The position numbers and the translations under genes were made by a program. A stretch of DNA of 63,226 bases, counting the filler, from Choristocarpus tenellus KU-1152 (taxonomy: Eukaryota; Protista; Phaeophyceae): NCBI GenBank assembly GCA_964200185.2. It is 10 parts of 10 records of this genome, joined end to end, with 100 filler letters (N's around TTAATTAATTAA, not from the genome) between each part and the next. Parts side by side here need not be neighbours in the genome. Positions count along the whole stretch, not along the records: positions 39,900 to 50,085 come from CAXNAD020003091.1; positions 50,186 to 52,974 come from CAXNAD020024742.1; positions 53,075 to 55,884 come from CAXNAD020024561.1; positions 55,985 to 63,226 come from CAXNAD020006476.1; 6 more parts are not named here. One strand, written 5' to 3'. Of the stretch, positions 49,661 to 61,999 are shown in pieces. Below the pieces are notes generated by a model. That model did not search any database and was not told the origin of the DNA. It saw only the letters and a list, made by a program, of their open reading frames with translations. Position 1 is the stretch's first letter. Every line of letters starts with the position of its first letter.

Positions 49661-49782
49661 GATTCCTTTTCCTAGATATTCCACAGATCATGAGCAATTC
49701 TGCTTCCCTGAGGTACTTGACTGGAAACCTGCCAACATTATACTGAGCACACAGGATTTTTTTGGTTCAGTTTTCTTTGTAC

Positions 49783-49840
49783 TCATGAAAAAAATTGTCC
49801 CCAAATGGATAGCCGCCAACCCCCCTAGATACTTTGAGCC
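49783..49840 (+). mobile_element. MITE family 2 right-end fragment
   Basis: CCCCAAATGGATAGCCGCC...AGATACTTTGAGCC. Confidence 0.7.
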
Positions 49841-50085
49841 AGGGTCAAAAACGGACGCCGGCATTTTGCCCACAAAAACTAGCACATATACTGTTGAAAT
49901 ATAACTGGATGAGGACCAGGAGAAATTAGATTTGAGAAATCACATTCGCTAAACGTGGATACAAGAGTGACGGAGCTCCAACTACATTCCAATACCCCCT
50001 TTCCCACGTTACTGAAATGAATTGTTGTGCATTGCACTTAGGTAAATAACGTCATTCAGGGATTATAAACAATTATGTATAAGAA

Positions 50086-50185
50086 NNNNNNNNNNNNNNN
50101 NNNNNNNNNNNNNNNNNNNNNNNNNNNNNTTAATTAATTAANNNNNNNNNNNNNNNNNNNNNNNNNNNNNNNNNNNNNNNNNNNN
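50086..50185. other. Artificial contig linker
   Basis: N44-TTAATTAATTAA-N44. Confidence 0.98.
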
Positions 50186-50325
50186 ACACACCTTTTTTTT
50201 TTTTTTTTTTTTTACCTACTCCAATCCATTTTGGAGTAGGAAAATGTCATTAAAAATCCCATGGGAAACCAACCCCCAAACGGACGAACAGGGCAAAATT
50301 CGTACCCTCTAAGATACTTTCACTC
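50186..50325 (-). mobile_element. MITE family 1 partial copy
   Basis: Ends TACCCTCTAAGATACTTTCACTC|TTT. Confidence 0.8.
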
Positions 50326-50339
50326 TTTGTCTATTGCTG

Positions 50340-50808
50340 ATTCAGATGTCACTACTGAAGAGTTTACTTACCAACCAATGATAATTTACCACTTGCATTT
50401 GAGTTGGAACGCTGTAACCTCCATGAACACGTTAAAAACCAGGAATGTGTCAACCAACGTCTCATGTTCCCCATTTTTGTACCTGGTGATCAAGTTCTAG
50501 TCCATAAGCCACATGAGAGTACTGATGGTCCGAATCCGAAGTTACTTCACCCTTGGAGGGGTCTGTACGAAGTACATTCTAAGGTATCACCCATTATGTG
50601 CAGGGTAGTAATACCTGGAAACCCACGTCCATTTTCCATTCATCTGGGTAGAATGAAGTGTTACTATTCTCGAGTCCAACCTCCACACCAGATGTAGACC
50701 CATCAAACCTCTCAACCTGTTATTGGCCAATACACTATTGATGGCATTGTTGGACATAGACCTGGTCCTGGTCGTTGTTCGCCACAAATGTTACCATCGC
50801 CTTTGTCT
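50340..50808 (+). pseudogene. Gypsy integrase C-terminus (GPY/F region) and start of a chromodomain, cut by LTR-A
   Basis: PGDQVLV...PNPKLLHPWRGLYEV...IHLGRMKCY, then YTIDGIVGHRPGPGR. Confidence 0.75.
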
Positions 50809-52839
50809 TGTGATCTTCACAATGCCGTGAAATGATTGCAAGTTATAGTGCAATAAATGGATTGGATAACCGGTAAAAGTTTCGTCCCACCCAGTGTTGA
50901 CTTGAGAATTCGTATTTACTTACATCACACTCCCTTCCATAGTCTGTATATCATGCATTGCCATAATATTGTAACCTATCGTTTCAGTAAAGAGATTATT
51001 GTATTATGTGAGGTACAGATCCTTGCCTTCTTCTTTATTGTGCGTTTATGACTTGTGTGTCTTGGCCAGATCTCGTGGTACTCACATACCGTAATGCTTT
51101 ACATAGATTGACCATCTTGTTTAGACAAATTGTTTCTGTCCTTTTGTCACAGATGGGTATATAACCTATCGTTTTGTGAAGAGATGAGACACTGATAACA
51201 GAGGTCGTTTAACCTGTTCACGGCCAGCTCTGACTTGGCATCTTTTGTTTACCAGGTTTATCAATCCTTGCAAATAGACCATACATATATGTTGGTGGAT
51301 TGGATATATTAGTAATACGATTAATTTTATCTCTGCCTCGAAGTATCTGGTGGGGGGGGGGAGGGGAGGGGGGTCTACGCCAGGGTGTCTATTTGGCCCC
51401 TGACCAGGAAAGGTACACTTACATTATCCATCCAACACATGTAACCAAACTACCCAAAATCGCGACATGGAAAAATGGGCCCCAAATGGACAGCTGTCAC
51501 ACACACCCTAGATACTTTGAGCCTCTCAACTCTCCTCGTTTGCATGAGTGGACACTTGCGGTGGTGAAGAGGCCGTATCACCGGGAACATTAGCACCCAT
51601 GTGCTAAAATGTGGCTGTTCATTACATCATGTCATGTTCTCATGAAATGGGTTTATTGATCATTATGAAATAACAAACCCCATTAAAAACAAAGAATCAA
51701 AGATGAAGACTTCAGGTGAGTCATATATCTTATTTCTTGTTATTTTTCGAGTGGCATGATCCCCCCGACATGGTGTAATGGCCGTACAATCACCTCGTAT
51801 CGTTTTTGGAGAGTTGAGCCACCAACATTGTACATCCGAGTTGTCCACTTGGAATATTGTAGTCGACGTGAACAATTTCCAATGGTTGTCAAATTTTGAG
51901 GAAGGAGAGTAGGTGCACACATTTGATCTCATCATCTGTTGTGTTGATATTAATCATGTATCACACAATGTCGTTTTCACACATCGGAGTGGTGATCAAA
52001 ATCATCTCATTACACTCGTATAGCAATGCCAGATAACAAATCTAGTCAAACCGTTTATTGACATCGTATGACATTTGCTCCTCATATCCCCATTCTTAGT
52101 ATCCTCTGTTTTATACAAGATAATAGAGACCCTATATGCTGGCCACATATACCTCTCGCCTCATCCTCAGGCTGATTGATATGCTGATCTCATACTATCA
52201 GACCTCGTAAGTTTGATTGGTATGCTGACCACATTCCATCAATCTGAGGCTAATGTTATCCTGATCAGATATTCATTAATGCCTCGTTTACATGTTACAC
52301 TCCATTTTGTATTAATGGAGTCACGTAGTAAAATGGCGCAATAGTATACCAACAGTCACACATGTTTCCCATTTCGCTCCCAGAGCTCACTTTTTGGTTG
52401 ACCTTGAATCATGTTTACATGGCTTCAAGGTTGATCAGAAGGGAGGGTGATGTGGAAAGCAGGTTTGTCTGTTTTATACCGTTATTGCCGTATGCCATAT
52501 ACCATTTTGCGATTGAGGTTGTGTTCTGAGAACTTCGGTACAACTATTTGGAGGATATTCGGAGTGTTAGATTTCTGTGTCTTCTCGTAACATCACTTTA
52601 TGAAGTACGTTTTTCCGAAGGCTGATCTCCCATCTCTGAAGGGTTTCTTTTCCGAAACCCATCCGAATTGCGATCCTCCCCACTTCCTCAGTTCCCCACA
52701 TTTTCCTGCAAGTACTTTCAGTCTTGTTCTTGTCCAACCATAACCTCATCCTCTCGGTTAATGGTTCGTCTTGCATGGTGATTCTCTTCACCACCCTTGC
52801 CTAAGTGAACCATTCCACCACAGAATCACACGATTCACA
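50809..52839 (+). mobile_element. Full-length LTR-like family A unit (about 1.84 kb without the MITE)
   Basis: Termini TGTGATC...GATTCACA (TGTGA/TCACA inverted); three copies in the window; no flanking TSD. Confidence 0.8.
51335..51523 (+). mobile_element. MITE family 2 complete copy, TSD TCT
   Basis: TCT|GCCTCGAAGTATCT...AGATACTTTGAGCC|TCT; empty site in the LTR-A copy at about 13625-13645. Confidence 0.9.
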
Positions 52840-52928
52840 GAAAATCCTGTATTTTTTAAATCGCTAGTGTTGGTCCGTCTAATCAATGAATAATCGTGAT
52901 ATCAAAAAAATCGATTTAGTCGGATATT

Positions 52929-52974
52929 GGCTCGAAGTATCTGGGGAGGGGGGGTGGCTGTCCATTTGGGGTCA
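52929..52974 (-). mobile_element. MITE family 2 end at the contig edge
   Basis: GGCTCGAAGTATCTGGGG...GTCCATTTGGGG. Confidence 0.75.
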
Positions 52975-53074
52975 NNNNNNNNNNNNNNNNNNNNNNNNNN
53001 NNNNNNNNNNNNNNNNNNTTAATTAATTAANNNNNNNNNNNNNNNNNNNNNNNNNNNNNNNNNNNNNNNNNNNN
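52975..53074. other. Artificial contig linker
   Basis: N44-TTAATTAATTAA-N44. Confidence 0.98.
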
Positions 53075-53154
53075 AAATCACCAAAAAAACGTGATATGAA
53101 AAAATTGCCCCCAAATGGACTGCCTCCCCCCCCCCCCCCCAGATACTTTGAGCC
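53075..53154 (+). mobile_element. MITE family 2 right end
   Basis: CCCCAAATGGAC...CCCCAGATACTTTGAGCC|TGT. Confidence 0.8.
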
Positions 53155-54300
53155 TGTTCAGGAACTCCAAGTTTGGCAAGCCCAGCCAGAAGATAGGTCT
53201 AAATAGAGGCATAAGCTTTGTATAGGTCAATATAACCTGTGAAAAGGGGTAAATGTTTTTCCTGGTTGAGCTCCTGGGTGGCATGCAAGGTGTACACCAT
53301 CTTCATTGTAGGGCGTCAGGATTGTAAACCACACTGTTCCTTGTGGAGAATGTTGTCCCCTCCAAGGTAAGCTCCCAGTCATCATGAAAGAACCTCGAGA
53401 AAGACTATGTCAATATGTGCCATCAATGAGATTCCCCCGTAGGTACAACGATCCGTCTGATCCTTCTTCTTGGGGAGCCCTCTGATTACTGTATCCTCCC
53501 AGACAGGTGAAGCGTCTTCCTAGTCCCACAAAGCAAACACGATCTTGTCGAAAATACTGGAAGGAAATCTCAACTTAATGGAGCCCAAGTTTCAGGATCT
53601 CAGCTGGAAGATTATCTGGTCCCATCAACTCTACACCTTCCATGACCCAGATTGCTTGAGTCACTTCCACAAGTGTTGGTGCGTCAGCGAGTGCCATACA
53701 AATGGGTCCTTGATCCAGGTGTTCAGTACTATTGAGGTTGAGGTTGACTGGTCACTTTGGAGCACTTCAAAGTGTCGCCACCACCGTTAGATTATGAGTC
53801 CTTGCTCTTTCAGTAGCGCGCCAGGTTTGTCACAGATATGTTGGGAGGCACTCTGTCTGGTCCTCTCTACCTTGAACTCTCTCTAGCGTTGGGAGAAACC
53901 AGTGTGATCCCCACTGCGATTTCTGCCTACCATATTCCTGGTGAAAGAGTCAAGGAACTTCCATTAGGCCAACGCCCTCAACCGTTTGAACTTTTTTCTA
54001 GGCACCTTCAACGCCTCCTTGAAGATGCATTTTTAGCGTCTGTCCGCTTTTTTTGTCATGCTCGTTCCTGGTCCCTCAAACCCCTAACAACTTGCTAGAA
54101 CTTGGTTACTTGCACAGAGCTCTTCCAGCAACACTTTCGTATAGTAGGTGGCAGTACTTCCAAATCAGCACCTAATAAATGCACTGTGTATGAAGTTGTC
54201 ATGCTATTGATATTTACAAGAGTTGCACCTGTTGTGTCCTTGCTTGCTACAGACTCTTCTCCCGATATAATCTTTATCGGAACTGTGGAAATAGGACAAT
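53155..54300 (-). pseudogene. RTE-clade LINE ORF2 relic (start of RT domain)
   Basis: ILHKEQCG...TQE...LPLFTGYIDLYKAYAS...LAKLGVP matches EQCGFR...QE...F.DL.KA.DS...L...G.P. Confidence 0.75.
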
Positions 54301-54798
54301 CGTAAGGTGTACCCTGTTTTGTGTAAGTGATTATGGGATTGAATTGAATCTATGTGATGTATCTAATGAGATAGTACATCAAGATTATGTAGGGGGGTTG
54401 GTATTGCACTTAAACTACCCATCACATAGACGTTGAGTTATGCCTGAGGCACAAAAAATAACAAAACAAGCATTAAGAAGACACCCCACAAGGTCACTCT
54501 TCTTTTCAACAATATGATTGTATTCAACAATGGGGAATCGTGTGAGGCGCCATCTCTCTTTCTGTCCAGCAGCCACACTCGCCCATTAAGTTCTCAAAGG
54601 TCGACTAGAAACCAGAGTGTGTCAGTGAAAAAAACATGTCCCTTTCCACCAAGCCACGTCTTACAACTGGGAGCAAGGAATTGTGAACCGATACCAATAC
54701 GATGCAGTGATCCAATTCCGTTGGCGAGACTGAGTGCACCCTCATATTGCCCACGATATGGGAGTCAACTTCAAATTTGATCATGTGATTAAGATAAA

Positions 54799-55055
54799 TG
54801 GTGAAAGTATCTTAGAGGGTACGAGTTTTTCCCTGTTTGTCCACTTGGGTCTTGGCTTCCCACGGGTTTTTAACGACATTTTACCACTCCAAAATGTTTC
54901 GGAATAGGTAAAATGTATGTTATGAAAAGGTGTGTCCAGAAGAAGGATATTGACATTTCCTAAATAAACATGATAGTCAAAACTACACCAAAATTGCAAA
55001 ATTGAATTTTGGCCACCAAATGGACGCGGCTCTACCCTCTAAGATACTTTGACTC
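54799..55055 (+). mobile_element. MITE family 1 complete copy, TSD AAA
   Basis: AAA|TGGTGAAAGTATCTTAGAGGGTA...TACCCTCTAAGATACTTTGACTC|AAA. Confidence 0.9.
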
Positions 55056-55705
55056 AAAGGCATTTCATCTCCCCCAGGTTGCCCAAGTTACGCGTGGAAC
55101 ATTTTTGTCTGGGGTACACTGAAGGAACTTTTCACAAGTGTAAGCCTTGTCATATAAGTACAGATCTCACCCTTGTCCTGATCCCCCTCTCCCTTGCTTC
55201 TCCTTCCAGCGCAGGCATTCATGTTCATCTATATCAAAATTTTGTCCTTGGCAAGAGTCTACTGCACCACAGTTTTCAGCTTCACCCACCAAGCGTCCTT
55301 GATTGCCTCTGAGAGACTTCTTCTGTTGGGGCATATCTCACAACGTAGGTGATCCCAATTCCATGTCATCTGAGTGTGGGACTGCATCATCTGCACACTG
55401 AATTACTCTACTCCGTCGGAGACGTGTTTGATGATTGACTCCTTCACTGCCAGTGCCACTACATTGTTGCCAATGTTGTTGTCAACATGTCATTTTCGAA
55501 TCACCCATGTTTTGGGGTGGCGGCTGGGGAGCCCTCTAAGATACTTTGACTTTCATAATGCCCTGATCCAGACGTGTCAGAAAATATTGGAGTAGACTGG
55601 ACAAGTTCTAATTCCTGGTAGATTTTTTGGCTGGATATATATTAGAAACAATTGTAAGCAGTCCATACAGCGGATTGGTCCCTTCGCATTTGCTCAGTAT
55701 TATGA

Positions 55706-55884
55706 AAGTTAAAGTATCTTAGAGGGAAGAGCAGCGTCCATTTGGGGGACAAAATCCAATGTTGCGATTTTGATGTAATTTGTTTTGGCTGTTGTGTTTG
55801 TTTGCAAGTGTCAATGGGTCAAAGTATCTGGGGGGGGGGTGTCGGCGTCCATTTTTCACCCTTTTTTCGATTTTCACTTTTTTG
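55706..55884. mobile_element. MITE family 1 end with a family-2-like element starting inside it at 55816
   Basis: AAGTTAAAGTATCTTAGAGGG...TGTCAAT|GGGTCAAAGTATCTGGGGG. Confidence 0.75.
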
Positions 55885-55984
55885 NNNNNNNNNNNNNNNN
55901 NNNNNNNNNNNNNNNNNNNNNNNNNNNNTTAATTAATTAANNNNNNNNNNNNNNNNNNNNNNNNNNNNNNNNNNNNNNNNNNNN
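55885..55984. other. Artificial contig linker
   Basis: N44-TTAATTAATTAA-N44. Confidence 0.98.
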
Positions 55985-56020
55985 CGCGTGCGCGCGCGCA
56001 CCCACCCTCCCTTGTCGCAC

Positions 56021-56116
56021 CTGGGTGTAGGCGTAAAACTCCTTTTTTGACCCCTGCTTGATCTTGTACAGGGGTGGGCAAGCGATATACACGTAGCCCT
56101 GCTCAATCAAAGCCCG
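56021..56116 (-). CDS. gyrB: DNA gyrase subunit B, single internal exon (nucleus-encoded, presumably organellar)
   Basis: TTGCAG|RALIEQGYVYIACPPLYKIKQGSKKEFYAYTQ|GTGCGA; 96 nt, phase 0/0; LIExGxxYIAxPPLYK is the post-TOPRIM GyrB motif. Confidence 0.85.
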
Positions 56117-57099
56117 CTGCAACAACAAACATGCAGAGGCATAAAGTCAAGACAACAACGAAGACAAGCTGAGAGACTGCAGACAACTTAGGTGTTCTCT
56201 TCCTAAGCCCTTGGCTACGGCCAAGTCCAGGATTTCCAAGGCCTAGAGAGGGTGACTAATGTCACATATTTGAAAGGTGAAACAGAAAACCAACATACGA
56301 CAGAGGCTTTCAACAGCTTCAGGAATATAGACTGAATGCATCAATTTCGAATAATTGGGTTACCATCTTGTTGAACCTTACGGGAAGAGCATGTTATACC
56401 TACCGCTTCGTGTAGGGTGATTTTTCTCGAGCAGTTGCCAATGTGTCCTCGCACACAAGTTTGTTTTGGCCTTCTTAGGAGAAGATAGCCACCGCGTCGC
56501 TTGATAATAGTGAAGTAAGTGCTGGCGCCCCTAGGCTAAATTGTGGCCGTTGTATGTATTATTGACCTTTCACTCATCCATTGAAATTGGACACGAAGAA
56601 TGCACACATATCCCATACTGACAAATGCCTACCTACAAGGGGTGACAAGAAAATATAAAAACTGAACGCTGTAACATGAACTTGTTCATGTTACTCACCA
56701 AATAGTTAACCTCCTATTGCTTGACGTATGTAATGGCCTACATAAGGGTCCTCAGTGCTGCTTACATACAGCCTATGTACTGAATTATCGGGAAATACTA
56801 AAGGGTGAATCATCGAAGCAATGTTAGCCTGTCTTGTTTATCCGTTACCACTATCAAATCTCGTCAGCATGTGTCTGTCTCCTCACGGCAGTGGCTGATT
56901 TTTCTCCCAACGATATTAATGTGTTTTGCTGCTTTTGCTAACAAGAAACTTCACATCGTAGTACATTGGATGGTTTCGGATTGAATAATGAATGGCGCTC
57001 TTGTTTAAGGGTTTCCTTTTGCAGCAGGTAATGTGAACTAAACCCCAACGTAGCAATGTTGTTGTCCTATTCAAACATGCAGTGAAAAATCGACCATAA

Positions 57100-60000
57100 A
57101 AAGGAACAATTCACGTCAAGCAGCACTCACCCCCATTAAAACACTCAACCAAGATATGTAACGCCATTCAGAACAATAGTGACAATGCGTACATACATCT
57201 TCAAAAATGATATCCTTCCACAGGACGAATCACAGTGGGCGGCAGTCACCAAAAAAAACACAAAAAAAAACGGGTTCGTCATGAAGAGTATATACTCTGT
57301 TGGACACGCCAGTGCCAGCAATCCATCAAGTACAAGGCTAGTGCAGGTCAAAACGGGAGAGACCTCCCGTGTGTTAGTTGATACAATCTGATAGACCAAT
57401 ACGGCTTGCTGAGACTTATCGACACCTACCTCTACAACACGACTTCATCCCTCCATTACCTGGGCCTCTTAAAAAAAAACATGCCTTTTGAGATTGTTGA
57501 GTGAATGCAACGATCTGTCAAACTCACTGTAATGATGCTATTATTTTATTGAGTACCTACAAAGTTAGAGGCGAGACAGCTTCTTACCCCTACTCACTAA
57601 AAAGTATGTTATGGAAGGTGTTAAATTCCCCCTGAATCGGAAGCTAGTCCTAAAGCAATCAATGCAGCTGCCATCCTCATAGTAAGAATTGATTGCCGTC
57701 ACTTACATTAATATCCCTCTTGATAAACTGGATCAGTGACAACACATTGCAGTGTCACATACATGCATTAGCTTGCGACATGGTGCTGATCATTCAAAGG
57801 CATTTCAAGGTTGCCAACTCTTCAAAAATAGAGACAGCCCCAAAAAAGTTGGTGCAGAGCTGGATATCATATAACTGAAGGTTGCTCACGTTAGTGCTAT
57901 ATTGTACACACTGTCTCTTTCCCTTTCCGGCCAACGAGAATCGACGTTGCACTCGAAATCGTCGTTTGTTAAAACAAATTACTCGGTATTATCCAAATTC
58001 AGTTTTCAGATATGTTAGATTTATGTCCCAAGTGCCGATACATCTTTTTACTGAATCCTTACTATTCAAGCACATGCACAATGCCTGAAGCGTATTGCTT
58101 CCGCTCACGACGGAACTCAGGAGCTTGCTTAGAGACCTCTTCAACCGCTAGTCCTTGTGAAGGGACGTTCAGAACTGTGTTGCCAAACAAGACAAAAAAG
58201 ATATCATTGAAGAATAGCCAAGCCCTAACCCTTGGTGCTCCCCTGACACTACTGTTACCATCAAATATGGCGCAGCAATATGTCGTGTTGAGTATCGTAC
58301 CATGGTCAACCATTACATCATCAGGAAACCTTGGCGTATGACACGAGCCGAGGCACATCTTGACTTTATTGGAGCTGAAAAGTTCATAATGGTAGCAGAA
58401 GTTCAAATTGCATATCACCAACTCCCTCTGGCTCTAGGTGAGCAAAAAAAAAGACTACCCTTGCCACACACAGAGGAAATATTTCGCAATGCATGCCTTT
58501 TGATGTGGCAACTACACCATTGTTACTTCAACCTCGCCATTTTAGGTGTTCTTTGCTAAATGGGTGATCTCGTAACACGTTCTACTTCATGGGGACACCA
58601 TCTGCCCTTACTTGAGGGCATGTGTTCCACCCTTGACGTATCAAATTTGACTTCAAAACAATTTCTAAGCTAAATTTCGTACACCACACTCCTTGTAGTG
58701 TGGTTGTGTTCGAGTTGGTTGAGCATATATTGAAGCCGTGAAGCACTCCCTACAGCTCATACTATTACTGAGGCTGACTCCATTGTGGGACTGTTCAATT
58801 TTGTTGGTAAGTGTGTATCGATAATTTCTTAGCTTAAAGTGCCTGGATTTTAGAAAGTAAAAGTGCCATTCAAACTTGTACATAGCATAGCTCCCAACGT
58901 GAATTTTCGTGATTACATCAAAGAGTTTGTGGAGACCCATGTTGCCTATGAGGAACATTCTTGAAATACAACCTTCCAACCACGTTTCAGTTGACTATTT
59001 GGTTCGATACAGTGTTGTTGTCTGTAGGGAGTTTCGCTTTGCTATACCCAGCCATTTGTCAACCGACTGCGTTTTATTCCAAGTTCAGTTCATGACAAGA
59101 AAGGGACAATAATCGCTCCAAATTTACAACAGATATTATTTTTCATTTTTCGACCCTCCTCAACATTTACGTTCAGATCATGGCTCTGATTTCGGGAATG
59201 ATATTGTTTGCATTGTTCTGTAGTTACACTCCTTTACAAAACCTGGATGAACTCTGCTTTGCATAGTATACTCTCTACACGTTCCAACATAACAGAGAAA
59301 AAGTGGACTCAGCCTTTCTCAGTTTTTCACAATTGGCACAGCACAGCACTGAACACTATGGTGCCCCAGACACCATACACTCCTACGTTTTGGTCAACGT
59401 CCAACCCTTCTAATTCATGCCATTTCCAGCCTCTAAAAAAAATAAAAAGCCGCAATGCCTTCAACATCAAAGTCCAGTCAACACTCGGCAGGGGAAAAAA
59501 ATCTTGTGCTTGGGCTAGCATGCCATATATTAGGCGAGTGCACAACAACGCAAGCCTCCAATGCTCCCTTAGGCCATCTTCTGTGAGTTACATGTGGGCG
59601 ACGAACCACGAGCGAGAAATCGGAATGTGCAATACACTTTACCTCATTCTGTTGGAATGGTACCTATCTAAAGCTCAAACCTATTCCACTAGTGTTTTGA
59701 ATCACAGCAATCCAATCGATCATCCAGGCTTTGCCCCAAAAAGGAGAAGTCCCTTTTGACATTTTTTCTAGCGCCAAAGACGAAATATGAGGCAACACGC
59801 AAGGACTCTGGAGCACACCACAAGGGCATACGTATGTCTATATGGAGTACAACGCCGGAAAAAATGGTTTTCACTTCATTTTTTTTTTCGTCTCTAGTAT
59901 TGATAGAACCAAAAAGTATCTTAGAGGGTAGCGCCGCGTCCATTTGAGGTTCAAAATCCAATGTTGCGATTTTGATGTAATTTTGGTTATCGTGTTTTTG

Positions 60001-60680
60001 GTAGGAAGCGTCAACATCCAAACATTTTGGAGTAGGTAAAATGTCATAGAAAAACCCCATGGGAAGCCAAGCCCCAAATGGACAAAACAGGGCAAAACTC
60101 GTACCCTCTAAGATACTTTCATTCTATGACACATAAAACTACTCCTTCTCATGCACCCCAAAGACTCACTAATTAAGAATCGAAGACGCAATCAACGACT
60201 TGACAACTCCCCAATCCTTCGTCACTTATCCACACCTAGCAAAAAACAGTACCTGCTGAGGCCTGGCGTAAAGTAAACACTTTCTTGCTTCAATCCAGGA
60301 CAGACTGATTCTTTTTACGCACCAAATACTTCGGATGGCAGTGATACCAGCCCCAAGCTTGCGCATCCTCATCGTGATCCTTTCGCTGTTACCTGATCGC
60401 TACAGCCTGCTCTCTACCGCACATGCATGGACAAAAGGTGAAACCAAGGAAACTTTCGTGCGCTTAGGACAGAAGAAACCCTGTATGCATGTAATACAAT
60501 ACAAAAAATTGGCTCAAAAGCTCTCCACGAACTCGGCCAAAGTCGAGCCGAGCCACGAAAAGTGCCTACTGGTGCTGAAATGCCACAAGGAAATCTCAAC
60601 ACACCATCCAGCTCATGTGCGCGCGGGAAAACGGATAATCAAATCCAATCCTCCGGTTACGATGTTGATTATTCTTCAAC
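57100..60680 (+). pseudogene. Heavily degraded Gypsy pol (RT, RNase H, integrase)
   Basis: IIEE*PSPNPWCSP...ICRVEYRTMVN...AHLDFIGAEKFIMVAEVQIAYHQLPL matches Gypsy RT; RNase H and integrase remnants lie downstream. Confidence 0.7.
59906..60124 (-). mobile_element. MITE family 1 copy (internally deleted)
   Basis: AAAGTATCTTAGAGGGTA...TACCCTCTAAGATACTTTCATTC. Confidence 0.85.
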
Positions 60681-61999
60681 AAAATGACTCATGGCAACTC
60701 AACAACGGTCATTCAAAAACACCACTGTACTACGTAGTATTCCCTCAGAAGATGTTCCAACAGCTGATCTTAATCCGCTGCTGAGTGACTTCTTCTTCAT
60801 ATTGCTAGTTATCAATGTCTGAAAAAAAAGAAGCAAAGACAACGAGGTCACTCTTGGGGGGAGTACATTGCCGAGGATGATGTTCATCACAAGCCGAGGT
60901 ATCACAAGCCGAGGTTGTGGTTCCTGGTTTCCAACAAACGTTCAGTATCAAGTACACTTCTGAGGTCACTATTCCGGTCTTGATGTGCAAATATCGTAGG
61001 GAGAGATTCGCCTCAAAGTAGAGTCACAATATCTTCACATCGGCAATGGCTATTCCTTAATCCTCCCACTCATGTTGATAATATTGACAGGTTCAACACT
61101 GACAGCCTGGATATCTTCTTTACCCATAGCCTAGGCTTCTCAGCACTCCTGATTTTGCTGAGGACTGGACTTGTGTTGAACAATCCCCCATTTTACCTTC
61201 AGTGAACATGATGTGCCCGTGTGAGGCATGATAGGACTTGGTGTGAATACATGTAAGTCGGCTTTCAAGCGGCTGGTGGTCTCACTTCTCCTGATAGAAT
61301 AAGAGGTGGTGAGATACCCCATCTTATCCAAAATATGGGGTTTGTGATCGTCCACACTAAACGACCTACGTAATGAAGTACTGTAACAGTATAAAATCAC
61401 TTGTGTTTTGTATGAATAGCGTATCATGAATACAACATCAATTATAGAACATCAATGACATCATACACCCCTTTGGTGTATGATGTCTCAAATCAGATAC
61501 ACGTACAATTGGTCAGTAGACCCTACCTCCCATCACGTATTCTTCCACCAGTGCTGTCTATTACTGCACTGCAATAAAACTACAAACAGGTTGAAGATCA
61601 CTACTAATCAATACTTGGTGCGAGAATTGAGCACAAAACTGTTTTTGGTTTTTAGAACCCACCACGAAAATCCTTTGGTTCTATTGCATCCTTGTTAACA
61701 CTTGGAAGGCGTGTAGTTCACGATGAACGCTCTTAAAGGCACATGTGCTATTACCGCCAGGATTGTTGTCTTTTATGTAACTAGAAGAACGTGCTGAAGA
61801 CATTATTTATAGCTCCCATCTTCTCATTACAACCATCAAGGTATACCTCATCTCGGAACAAAACATCCTAAGGACTCCTCGCTTCCAACTATCACTCCCA
61901 CTGAAACAAAAGCAAAATTTTCGTCCAGGTGGACAAGCATGTGCTTCTTACAAAACACTCTTCTACCTCGTTCCCATCCTTCTATATATATATATATAT

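Noticed and set aside
52929-53154. MITE ends on both sides of a linker suggesting the two contigs are truly adjacent
   Set aside because: Both pieces are the same end of the element and the flanks (ATT versus TGT) do not form a TSD
6895-55984. TTAATTAATTAA motif recurring nine times, as a biological repeat or array
   Set aside because: Always centred in an identical 100-bp N linker; it is a concatenation spacer. ORFs containing X and any linkage across it are artefacts.
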